DNA of 26,535 nucleotides from Candidatus Woesearchaeota archaeon (GCA_964472025.1 CAYYIN010000001.1:2423-28957), one strand, 5' to 3'. Numbered from the stretch's first letter, positions 5,898 to 14,764 are shown. Notes: generated by a model from the letters alone, not told the origin. Numbers and translations: made by a program.

Positions 5898-8816
5898 ATG
5901 GAATTTAATGAAAATCGGATAAATAAAATTTTATTTCTTTATTATTCTAGGCAGGATATTGAAAAGGCGATTTTTGATTTTTCTGGAGATCGGGAATGTA
6001 TTGCAAGCTATATGATGAAATATTTTGGTAAAAGGCCGGATTTTTTTCAATATAAATCTGATATTTTAGGACAAGTTAAACAAGGGGCTACCTCTTTTCA
6101 TTGTTCTGAAGAATTATGGTATGAACCTTCAGAAGTTTCCACAGACCTTTCAAGAAAAGAATTAAATAATCTAAGGAAAGGATGGGATTTACTTTTAGAT
6201 ATAGATTCTCCTTATTTAGAATATAGTAAAATTTATGCGAGATTGATAGTTAATTTATTAAAATTTCATGGAATTGAAAATATTGGGGTAAAATTCAGTG
6301 TTTCTGGAGATACTCCAATATTAATTCAAAATAAGGATCAGATATCTTTGTTGCCTATTTCTAAAGCAATACTTTTATTTAAAAAAGGTAAAAATATAAA
6401 AATCTTATCTTTGGATAAGGATAAGAAACTAAAATTTTCAAAAGTTTATGATTCTTTAGAACATAAAGATACTCTTTATGAAATAAAACATTCACAAAGT
6501 ACAATTCCATTAAAAGCAACAGGATATCATTCAGTATTTATTTGGGATAAAGGGGATGCAATTCAAAAAAAGGTTACAGAATTAAAGAAAGGAGATTTCC
6601 TAATTTCATATAATTCTTTGAAGAACCCATTTGAATCATATAAATTACAAATAATGAACAAATTTGAATTTGCAAAAAATCAACATTCAAAAAAAATAAT
6701 TACTAAAAAAATTAAAGTAACTAAAGAATTAATGAGATTAATTGGATATTTTTTAGCAGAAGGGCATGTTACAAACATAATCAATCAAACAGGATTTAGT
6801 TTTAATAGAAATGAAATTGAATATATCGAGGATGTTAAAAACCTTTTATCAACAATAACTCAAAGAAAAATTTCAATTAGACATCCAAATCCAAATTCTA
6901 CTCAAATTTTAATTCACTCAAAAGAATGGGCTAATTTTTTTGATACCTATTGTGGAAAAAAGAAAAACAAACATGTCCCCCCATTTACCTTCAAGGCCGC
7001 TAAAGAATTATTTTTAGAATTATTAAGAGGATACATAAGGGGGGATGGATACAAAACAGGAAAATATGGGATTGTAGTAAAATCAGTATCAAAAAAATTA
7101 ATTACTGAAATGGTTTGGCTTTGTAAACTAAATAATATTTCTTGTACTTTATTTTGGGAAAAAAGTAAATCACACCCTTCACCACAAGGAAACATGTTTA
7201 AAGAAAGTTTAGTTTATATTTTAAGAATTCCTAAATCAGAATTAGAAAATTTAGAATTTAATATTAAAAGAAATAAATTTTCCCCTTTTGCAGGAGATAA
7301 GGTTTTCCCTGTTGATGGATTAAGAGAAGTCTACAAACAAATTAAGCCAAAAATGTTTAATGATCATAGACCTGAGCAAATGACTCTTAAAAAGAAAAGA
7401 GCAAATTTAAATAGAATAAAAAAAGTTTTAAAGTGGTTCAATGATTTTAAGTCAATAGAACCAAATTCAGATTCTAAAAAGATCTTATCAAATTATGAAG
7501 ATTTATTTAATTCAGATATTTCTGTCATAGAAATAAAGGAGATAATTAAGAAAGAAAAAGAAATTGTTTATGATGTTTCTGTAGAGGAAACAGAGGCTTT
7601 TTTTGGAAATTATTATCCTGTTCTTTTACATAATTCTGGCAATAAAGGATTTCATATAATTGTTCCATGGGGGGCGTTTCCTAAAGAGGTTTATGGAATG
7701 CAAACCAAAGATATGTTTCCAGAATGGCCAAAATTAATTTGCCAATATTTAACAGAAACTCTTAGAGAAAAATTAGCCGATGAAATTTTTGAAAATGAAA
7801 ATTTAAGTGAAATTGCTAAAAAAATAGGGAAGAAAAAAGAAGATTTAATTATTACTGAATGTCTTTCATGCCATAGGCCTGTAAAACTAAAGGATCTTGT
7901 AACTTGGTCTTGTTTTTATTGTAAAACTGATAGAACGATGTTACAAAAAAATAAAAGAATTCCTAAATGTCCTGATTGTAAAAGGGAATTAATTGAAAAA
8001 TTCAGAGAAAAGATTTATGTCTGTGATTTTTGTGATATTAATTCAAAATCTAATCCAGATATGTTTAGTAAAACTCGAGCAAAAACAGAAAGTTTAATCG
8101 AAGCAGATCTTGTTTTAGTTTCTTCAAGGCATTTATTCAGAATGCCATATTCTTTGCATGAAAAAACTGCACTATCTTCTATTGTGATAGATAAAGATAA
8201 AATCAAGGATTTTCAAATAAAAGATGCTAATCCTTTTAAGGCAGAAATTAAGAATTTTTATCCAAAGCCAAAAATTAATGAGGCAAAAGAACTTTTGCTT
8301 CAAGTTCTTGATTGGAAAGAACATCAGGAAAAAGAGCAAGATTTTTTAAAAGAACAGGGTGCAGCCATTTCTAAATTAAAAGGAAGTTCAAGTCCTAAAA
8401 AAGCAAATCCTAAAAAAGCAAATTCCAAATACCAAAAAATTCTAATTGATAATCCTTCTGATGAAATTTTTCCACCTTGCATAAAAAATATTTTAAAGGG
8501 AATAAAGGATGATGGAAGAAAAAGGGCATTGTTTATTTTAATTAATTTCTTCAAATCTTTAGGATTAAATGAAGTAGAATTAGAAAAAAGAATAAATCTT
8601 TGGAATGATAAAAATTATCAACCCTTAAAAAAAGGATATATACAATCACAATTAAATTGGTACAGAAAAAATACAACAAGACTCCCCCCAAATTGTGATA
8701 AATCTAATTATCAGGATTTAAATATCTGTCATCCAGATCAATTATGCAGGCAAATTAAAAATCCTTTGAACTATTCTGTAAAAAGATTCTTTAAAAGCAT
8801 CAACAAATTTAAATAG
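5898..8816 (+). CDS. priS: Fused DNA primase (PriS catalytic domain plus PriL C-terminal Fe-S domain) precursor containing an intein; 972 aa precursor, 526 aa after splicing
   Basis: PriS motifs WDLLLDIDS (DxD), KF|SGNKGFH (restored after splicing) and ADLVLVSSRHLFRMPYSLHEKT. PriL-CTD Cys motifs FPPC, LPPNC and ICHPDQLC, plus GRKRALF and NPLNY. Confidence 0.95.
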   Translation: MEFNENRINKILFLYYSRQDIEKAIFDFSGDRECIASYMMKYFGKRPDFFQYKSDILGQVKQGATSFHCSEELWYEPSEVSTDLSRKELNNLRKGWDLLLDIDSPYLEYSKIYARLIVNLLKFHGIENIGVKFSVSGDTPILIQNKDQISLLPISKAILLFKKGKNIKILSLDKDKKLKFSKVYDSLEHKDTLYEIKHSQSTIPLKATGYHSVFIWDKGDAIQKKVTELKKGDFLISYNSLKNPFESYKLQIMNKFEFAKNQHSKKIITKKIKVTKELMRLIGYFLAEGHVTNIINQTGFSFNRNEIEYIEDVKNLLSTITQRKISIRHPNPNSTQILIHSKEWANFFDTYCGKKKNKHVPPFTFKAAKELFLELLRGYIRGDGYKTGKYGIVVKSVSKKLITEMVWLCKLNNISCTLFWEKSKSHPSPQGNMFKESLVYILRIPKSELENLEFNIKRNKFSPFAGDKVFPVDGLREVYKQIKPKMFNDHRPEQMTLKKKRANLNRIKKVLKWFNDFKSIEPNSDSKKILSNYEDLFNSDISVIEIKEIIKKEKEIVYDVSVEETEAFFGNYYPVLLHNSGNKGFHIIVPWGAFPKEVYGMQTKDMFPEWPKLICQYLTETLREKLADEIFENENLSEIAKKIGKKKEDLIITECLSCHRPVKLKDLVTWSCFYCKTDRTMLQKNKRIPKCPDCKRELIEKFREKIYVCDFCDINSKSNPDMFSKTRAKTESLIEADLVLVSSRHLFRMPYSLHEKTALSSIVIDKDKIKDFQIKDANPFKAEIKNFYPKPKINEAKELLLQVLDWKEHQEKEQDFLKEQGAAISKLKGSSSPKKANPKKANSKYQKILIDNPSDEIFPPCIKNILKGIKDDGRKRALFILINFFKSLGLNEVELEKRINLWNDKNYQPLKKGYIQSQLNWYRKNTTRLPPNCDKSNYQDLNICHPDQLCRQIKNPLNYSVKRFFKSINKFK
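6297..7634 (+). mobile_element. Full-length intein (446 aa) with a LAGLIDADG homing endonuclease
   Basis: Block A SVSGDTPILI (Ser1); block B TGYH (TxxH); block C LIGYFLAEG; block E LLRGYIRGDG; block H SVSKKLITEMVWLCKLNNI; block F VYDVSVEETEAF; block G LLHN followed by Ser+1. Removal rejoins IGVKF and SGNKGFH. Confidence 0.96.
8393..8423 (+). repeat. In-frame 15-nt tandem duplication (PKKAN-PKKAN) in the PriS-PriL linker
   Basis: TCCTAAAAAAGCAAA occurs twice in succession. Confidence 0.85.
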
Positions 8817-8836
8817 TCTTTTAGTGTTTGTGTTTT

Positions 8837-10768
8837 ATGAAGAAGAAAATCATTTTCAAAATTTTTATAATCTTTTTTATCTTAATACTTTTGAGTTTTA
8901 TTAATATTCTAAGTGCAGAAAATCAAACAGAAATCGAAAAAGCATATTCTTGTTTAGAAATAAATCTTAATGATAATTGTGGGGGGGAAACGTCAACAAC
9001 AGAACAAATTTCTTTTAGTCTCTTAGCCATGGCATATGATTCTAGTATAAAGACAGATTGCAAAAATTTATTAATGGATAAAAAGCAAGAAAATTGTTGG
9101 GGAACAACTGGTTCTGCAAATTGTGATTTAAAATCTACAGCCCAAGCAATTCTCGCATTAGAACATATTAATTCTAATAATGAAGATTATATTAATTGGA
9201 TTCTAAGCAATAAAAAATTAGCAAAAAATCTTGAATGGTTTTTAGAAATAGATACTAATAATAATTCTGAATGTAAAATTAAAGTCAATGGGGGAGACGA
9301 AAGGATTTTTTATATAAACGAAAATAAAAAAATTTCTGGCACCAGTAGTTGTTTAATTCCTGCAGAAGAGGATTATTATTTAAAAATAAAACCGTCTTGT
9401 TTTGAAAATAATTTTACCATTTCCTGTGACCAGGATTTTGTTACAAGCTTGATTTATAAAAAACCAGGAGAAGAAATTTATCATGTCTCAAGTGATAGCA
9501 ATTCTGCACCAGCACTTAGCACAACAGAAGAAAAGATTAAAGTATATTGTTTTTCAATGTCTAATACTTGTGATTATGAAGGAAGTTTATGGTCGGTTCT
9601 CGCTTTATCAAAAAAAGCAAAAGAAATTTCTGGATTTTTGCCGTATCTCGATGCAATGTCTGATGAGTCTATTAATAAGAAATATTTCCCAGAAGCCTTT
9701 TTATATCTTCTTACAGAAGAAGATAATTATTTTACAGAAATTATCGATAAACAAAAGCAAGGAAAGTATTGGAAAGAAGGAGAAAATAAATATTATGACA
9801 GTTCTCTAGCTTTTTTAGCATTAGGGGGCAGTAGTTCGAATCCAGAATTAAGTGATTCTAAAAATTATTTTTTACAAATACAAGAAACTTCAGGATGTTG
9901 GAATTCAGATAATCTTAGAGATACAGCATTTCTTTTATATTCTGGATGGCCTAAAACACCTTCTTCAGGTGGGGGCACGTCTGAAGTAGAAACCTGTGAA
10001 TCTTTCAATTATTTTTGTGTTCCTGCATCTCTTTGTCCTTCAGAAGATAGTTTAGAAAATTCTGCTTATTTTTGTCAGTCATTAACAGATATTTGTTGTA
10101 AAACACAACCTTCTGAACAAACTTGTTATGAAAAAGGAGGAATAATTTGTGCAACAGATCAAATTTGTACTGAATCAGAAGTGAGTGCTTCAAATACAGA
10201 TTATTGCTGTTTAAGTTCTTGCAGATTAACTTCTATAGAAGCAAATGAATGTGAAAATATGGAATATAATTGTAGAATTAATTGTTTTGATAATGAAGAA
10301 GAAAAAACAGCCTATGATTCTTATTGTGATTATGGGAAAATTTGTTGTGGGCAAGAGCCAAAGAAAGAATCAAATTTATTATTAATAATTCTTTTAGGTA
10401 TTTTAATTCTTTTAGTTATTTTAGCAATTATTTTCAGAAATCAATTAAAAGTTTGGTTATTTAAAAAGAAAAGTAAATTTAGGTTTGGTAATTCTCCTTC
10501 TCAAATCAAAAGGCCTCCAATGCCTCCAGCAGGCATGGTTCCAAGAATGGGGCCAAGAAAAATGCTTTTAAGACCACCTTTTAGAAATAATTATCCACAG
10601 AAAAGACAACCACCATTAAGAAAACAATTATTTGCTAGAAGGCCTTTAACAAATGAAAAAGCAAATATTCAAAGAAATAATTCTTTATCAAAGCCAATAA
10701 ATAGTAAAGATAAGAAAGATAAAGAATTTGAAGAGACTATGAAGAGATTAAGAGATATGTCTGAATAG
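8837..10768 (+). CDS. Membrane-anchored surface protein: alpha/alpha-toroid (terpene cyclase/prenyltransferase- or TED-like) domain, three Cys-rich modules, TM helix and Pro/Arg-rich cytoplasmic tail
   Basis: Signal peptide MKKK...LSA|E (ATG at 8837 preferred over TTG at 8828). Toroid-type helices DLKSTAQAILAL, YDSSLAFLAL, QETSGCWN and NLRDTAFLLY. TM helix LLLIILLGILILLVILAIIF. Tail ends EFEETMKRLRDMSE. Confidence 0.75.
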   Translation: MKKKIIFKIFIIFFILILLSFINILSAENQTEIEKAYSCLEINLNDNCGGETSTTEQISFSLLAMAYDSSIKTDCKNLLMDKKQENCWGTTGSANCDLKSTAQAILALEHINSNNEDYINWILSNKKLAKNLEWFLEIDTNNNSECKIKVNGGDERIFYINENKKISGTSSCLIPAEEDYYLKIKPSCFENNFTISCDQDFVTSLIYKKPGEEIYHVSSDSNSAPALSTTEEKIKVYCFSMSNTCDYEGSLWSVLALSKKAKEISGFLPYLDAMSDESINKKYFPEAFLYLLTEEDNYFTEIIDKQKQGKYWKEGENKYYDSSLAFLALGGSSSNPELSDSKNYFLQIQETSGCWNSDNLRDTAFLLYSGWPKTPSSGGGTSEVETCESFNYFCVPASLCPSEDSLENSAYFCQSLTDICCKTQPSEQTCYEKGGIICATDQICTESEVSASNTDYCCLSSCRLTSIEANECENMEYNCRINCFDNEEEKTAYDSYCDYGKICCGQEPKKESNLLLIILLGILILLVILAIIFRNQLKVWLFKKKSKFRFGNSPSQIKRPPMPPAGMVPRMGPRKMLLRPPFRNNYPQKRQPPLRKQLFARRPLTNEKANIQRNNSLSKPINSKDKKDKEFEETMKRLRDMSE

Positions 10769-10845
10769 TTTGAATTTTTTAGGAATTTATCTAGAAAAAT
10801 AAAAATTTTAAAAACATTTATTAATATGGGAAATACATCTTAAAT

Positions 10846-12195
10846 ATGGAAAAAAAGAGATTACTTTTTTTAAATGTTATAATTTTTCTAAATTTAATTT
10901 TAATTTTAACTTTAATTTTGATAACTCAAACAATTGCTTTAGAAATAGATTTTTCAAAATCTTCTTATCAACCAAGAGAAATTTTACAAGCAGAGATTAC
11001 AGGGGGATTAATTGATGTTAATGCCGGAGATTTTTTTATTTATGAAAAAGGTATTCAACACCCAATACCTACAATCCCTTATTTACTTAAAAAAAATAAT
11101 AAATATTATTTTTATACAATTCTCCCAAATAAAGAAGGAAATTTTTCTTTTATAATAAAAAATCTAAAATATTTTGATGAAGGAAGACTTGTGACACAAG
11201 ATTTTTCAAGAGATTTAATTATTGAAAAGACAAATGAATCTGCACTTTCAATTGAACCAGGGTTTATTTTAACTAGTGAAGATTTTTCAATTAAAATTAA
11301 AAATGTTAATGAAAGGACTTTGGTTATAACAAAATTAATTTCTACAGATCAAATTCAAAATTTTTCTTTAGAAAATGAAGAAGAAAAAATAATAAAATTT
11401 TATATTTCTGAAATAAGTGAAGACACTATCTTAGAAATCAATAACTATAAAATTCCAATTTTTTTGATTAAAAAAGATAATCAAACAGAAACCCCGCATA
11501 ACGATTTTCCAAATAATGAAATAAATTTAATGATTACTCCTTCAAAAATAAATGCTTCTATTACTTCTGATGAAAATTATCTTTTTATTTTTTTATTAAA
11601 GAACTTTGAAGAAAAGAACTTAACCAATCTTAAATTTTCTACAAATTTACCAAAAGATTTAAATTTTGAAATAAGTCCAAGAGAAATAAATTCTTTAAAA
11701 ATCAATGAAAGTGTTTTTATTAATTTAAGCATAAATGTTCCAAAAAAATTTAAGGAAGAGATTTATGGGGAAATAATTTTGGTTTTTGATAATCCTTTTG
11801 AGAATCCTACTGATTCTTTTTCTAATATTTCTATTCCAATTTTTTTTGAAATTGTTGAAGATATAACAGAAGTAAATTTAAATGAAACAAGTGTAACCGG
11901 TTCTTGGAGTTGTTTAGAAATGGGGGAGATATGTAATTATAGCCAGAAATGTAATGGGGAACCTACGAGTAGTTTAGAAGGGCCTTGTTGTATTGGGGAA
12001 TGTATTGAAGATAAACCGAAGTCTAGTTCAGGAAAATTAATTTTATTTTTCTTATTTTTATTAGTTTTATTCGGAGTTTTAGGATTTTATCTCTATAAAA
12101 AGAAAAAACAAAAGAATAAAAAATCCCCAGAGGATTTTTTAAAGCAAAAGATAAATAAATTTGAAAAAAAAGACTCTTTTAAAAAATTCAAATAA
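10846..12195 (+). CDS. Membrane-anchored surface protein with beta-rich (Ig-like) ectodomain, a 6-Cys juxtamembrane module and a C-terminal TM helix
   Basis: Hydrophobic signal ending TIA|L. Alternating beta-strand pattern. CLEMGEICNYSQKC...CCIGEC. TM helix LILFFLFLLVLFGVLGFYLY followed by a Lys run. Confidence 0.7.
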   Translation: MEKKRLLFLNVIIFLNLILILTLILITQTIALEIDFSKSSYQPREILQAEITGGLIDVNAGDFFIYEKGIQHPIPTIPYLLKKNNKYYFYTILPNKEGNFSFIIKNLKYFDEGRLVTQDFSRDLIIEKTNESALSIEPGFILTSEDFSIKIKNVNERTLVITKLISTDQIQNFSLENEEEKIIKFYISEISEDTILEINNYKIPIFLIKKDNQTETPHNDFPNNEINLMITPSKINASITSDENYLFIFLLKNFEEKNLTNLKFSTNLPKDLNFEISPREINSLKINESVFINLSINVPKKFKEEIYGEIILVFDNPFENPTDSFSNISIPIFFEIVEDITEVNLNETSVTGSWSCLEMGEICNYSQKCNGEPTSSLEGPCCIGECIEDKPKSSSGKLILFFLFLLVLFGVLGFYLYKKKKQKNKKSPEDFLKQKINKFEKKDSFKKFK

Positions 12196-12248
12196 AAAAT
12201 AATTAATCGTCAGTTATAAAAGTAAAATTTTCAAGATAAAATCTAAGA

Positions 12249-12818
12249 TTACTTTTTTACTTTTTTAGAAATTTTTACCTTTTTTTTATTCTTATTATTA
12301 TTCTTATTATTAGGGGCTTTCTTCATGGGATTTTTTTGAATTTTTTTTGGTTTTTTCAATTTATTTTCCATAATAATTTTCTTTTCTTTTTTTTCTGAGC
12401 ATTCTTTTAATTTTTCTGCTAAGATATTTCCTTGCATGATCAGGGTTTTTGTCATTTCATCATATCTATGTAGTTTTACTGTTAATTCCGATAAAGTCGC
12501 GCTTAAATCAAAATTTTTTAATACTAATTCTTTTGGTTCAAGTATCTCAATGTGTGCTGGGAACATGTTGAATACAATAGAAAATATTTTATTTAAATCA
12601 TCTACTTGAAGTTCAACTTCTGCAAAACTTGTAAATAAATTTCTTATATTTTCTTTTTTAATTAATTTTGCTTTATGAATTTCTTTCTTTAAAATATCTA
12701 TACCCTTAATTTTTCCAAGGTCTTCGATTAATTTATCCAAGGAATCTTCAATATGTTTGGGAGGCCTTCCCAATATTTCAAAAATAAATGCTGCGATTAT
12801 TTTTTTAGGTTCTTCCAT
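12249..12818 (-). CDS. Hypothetical protein (189 aa) with a C-terminal coiled coil and Lys/Asn-rich tail
   Basis: Clean ORF with its own TATA box (TTTAAAAA, 12840-12847). Globular N-terminus EILGRPPKHI...FTSFAEVEL...FPAHIEILEP. No function recognised. Confidence 0.75.
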   Translation of the reverse strand: MEEPKKIIAAFIFEILGRPPKHIEDSLDKLIEDLGKIKGIDILKKEIHKAKLIKKENIRNLFTSFAEVELQVDDLNKIFSIVFNMFPAHIEILEPKELVLKNFDLSATLSELTVKLHRYDEMTKTLIMQGNILAEKLKECSEKKEKKIIMENKLKKPKKIQKNPMKKAPNNKNNNKNKKKVKISKKVKK

Positions 12819-12860
12819 AGGGGTATAAATTAATTAGGGTTTTTAAATCTTTTATCAAAC

Positions 12861-14072
12861 TTAAAATTTTTCATTTGCAAAATTTAATTTTTTCTTCCTA
12901 TTAAATTTCCTAAGTAAAATTAAACCCGTAAAAAAAATTAATAGTAGAAAAGCATAAAGCAGATATTTTCTTATAAAACTCTGATTCGATTCATAAATTA
13001 ACTCTGAATTAGATTTAAGTTCTTTTTTTAAATTATTTTTTGTTCCCAAGTAAATTATTGAATTTTCAGTTGAATTTTGATTTTCTGATTCAGAATCGCT
13101 CAAATTACTTTGATTTTCTACATTATTGGATTCTTGAGAAGGATTTTCTTGTTCCTCTAAAATCTCAATTTCTTTCTCAATGATTATCTCACTATCTTTT
13201 ATCTTTGCATAAATCTTTGCATCCCCGCTAAAATTTTCATAATCTGATTTTATTCTTAAAAAAACTATTTTAGTTTTATTTCCAGGGCCGTGAAAAAAAT
13301 CATAGATATAATAATTTCCAGATTTCCATTCATTATTTTCATCATCATATCTTTCTGAAATTATTTTTGTATCTTCTTTTGATTCTATCCATATTTTCAA
13401 ATCATACTGTTTATTCTCTGAATTATATATTTTTATCTCAATTTCAAATTCTTGATTATTTATTATTTCCTCTTCTTCCCAATTTATTTCTAAAGTAGAA
13501 ATATTCTCTAAATTGCTTTGATTATTTTGGTTATTTGAAGAATTATCCTCTTTATTTTTTAAACCTGGAGTTGGTCCAGCTGAAATCCAAGAATTTTCTA
13601 TTAATTGAAGGGAATTACCATCACCTGCCCCACCCATTTCTGAATTATATGAGACATTTTGCATTAATTCTCCTGAGGAATTATAAAGTAATATTGAATC
13701 TCCCCCATTATTCAATGTGAATTTTCTCTCAGCAATAGGGCATAAAACATTAAAGTATTGAGAAAAATTAAGCGGCCTCTTTGCGATTATAAAATAATCC
13801 ATAGATTTTATAATGGTTGAATCAGAATTTGAAAAATTAATCAAACCAACAGTTCCCTCATTATCAATTTTCCATTCATTTAAATCAATATCCTCTGGTG
13901 TAGGATTGTATAATTCAATCCATTCGTTATAGGTCCCACCACAAGAAGCATCAGGGGAATACATAATTTCATTTATTAAAATATTTCCTAAGATTAAAGG
14001 CATAGAAAATGAAATTAATAAGAAAAAGCTAATTAAAATGAACTTGATTTCATTTTTCTTAAAACTTTTCAT
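12861..14072 (-). CDS. Lamin-tail-domain (LTD) surface protein with signal peptide and C-terminal TM anchor
   Basis: ILINEIMYSP...NEWIELYNPT...DLNEWKI...LNNGGDSILLYN is the LTD signature. N/S/E-rich linkers and a C-terminal hydrophobic helix. Confidence 0.85.
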   Translation of the reverse strand: MKSFKKNEIKFILISFFLLISFSMPLILGNILINEIMYSPDASCGGTYNEWIELYNPTPEDIDLNEWKIDNEGTVGLINFSNSDSTIIKSMDYFIIAKRPLNFSQYFNVLCPIAERKFTLNNGGDSILLYNSSGELMQNVSYNSEMGGAGDGNSLQLIENSWISAGPTPGLKNKEDNSSNNQNNQSNLENISTLEINWEEEEIINNQEFEIEIKIYNSENKQYDLKIWIESKEDTKIISERYDDENNEWKSGNYYIYDFFHGPGNKTKIVFLRIKSDYENFSGDAKIYAKIKDSEIIIEKEIEILEEQENPSQESNNVENQSNLSDSESENQNSTENSIIYLGTKNNLKKELKSNSELIYESNQSFIRKYLLYAFLLLIFFTGLILLRKFNRKKKLNFANEKF

Positions 14073-14181
14073 ATAATTAAATAGATTATAAACTTTTTAA
14101 TTATTTCTAATTTTTGATGTTAAGAATCAAAAAAAGAAAATTCTGAGAAAATAGATTATTTCAGATATATAAACTTAGTTT

Positions 14182-14676
14182 TCAGATCTTTTCTGAAGGC
14201 TCTCTAAGTTCATCATAATACTCTGCAGGGATTTTCAAAATTTTATTTTTATTATTCTCATTGTTTTTATTATTTTTAGTGTTTTTATTTTTAAAAAATT
14301 GAGAGAATCTTCTTGATTTTTTTCTAATTATTTCAGAATTAATAACCCAATTTTTTCCAGAATCTCTCATAATCTTTGGGTTTAAGAAAAACCAACCTTG
14401 CCTATTTAGTCTAATAGCAATTATAGGTTTTAAACCAAAAATATTTGAAAAAACAATAAATCTATTTATTTGATCTTTAGTAATATATTTTGGAAGATTT
14501 TTACAAGACTTTACTTCAATACAATATTTTTCTCCCTTTTTACCTGCAATAAGATCACAATCCGCATTTTCCATAACCCCACTCCCAGCGACCCTGGCCG
14601 CACGGTAATTATTATCAACAAATATCTGAAAAAGTTCCCTTTCTGCTTTGCTTCCTTTTGCTTTATTTTTTGGCAT
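14182..14676 (-). CDS. hjc: Holliday junction resolvase Hjc
   Basis: KGSKAERELF, RVAGSG, DLIAGK and IEVKS PD-(D/E)xK motifs; low-complexity Asn/Lys tail. Confidence 0.93.
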   Translation of the reverse strand: MPKNKAKGSKAERELFQIFVDNNYRAARVAGSGVMENADCDLIAGKKGEKYCIEVKSCKNLPKYITKDQINRFIVFSNIFGLKPIIAIRLNRQGWFFLNPKIMRDSGKNWVINSEIIRKKSRRFSQFFKNKNTKNNKNNENNKNKILKIPAEYYDELREPSEKI

Positions 14677-14764
14677 TTTTATAAAATTTTTACTCCAGGA
14701 AATTTATACAAATTATTATATTTTAAATTATTTTACTAAAGAAAATCTACTTTTTATATTTTTA

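Noticed and set aside
6947-8554. Minus-strand ORFs 6947-7195, 8015-8206 and 8324-8554
   Set aside because: Antisense to conserved primase/intein sequence.
8828-8836. TTG start (MCF extension) for the toroid surface protein
   Set aside because: The ATG at 8837 gives a typical MKKK signal-peptide start.
9483-10193. ORFs 9483-9809 (+, alternative frame) and 10005-10193 (-)
   Set aside because: Nested in the 8837-10768 gene, with no recognisable features.
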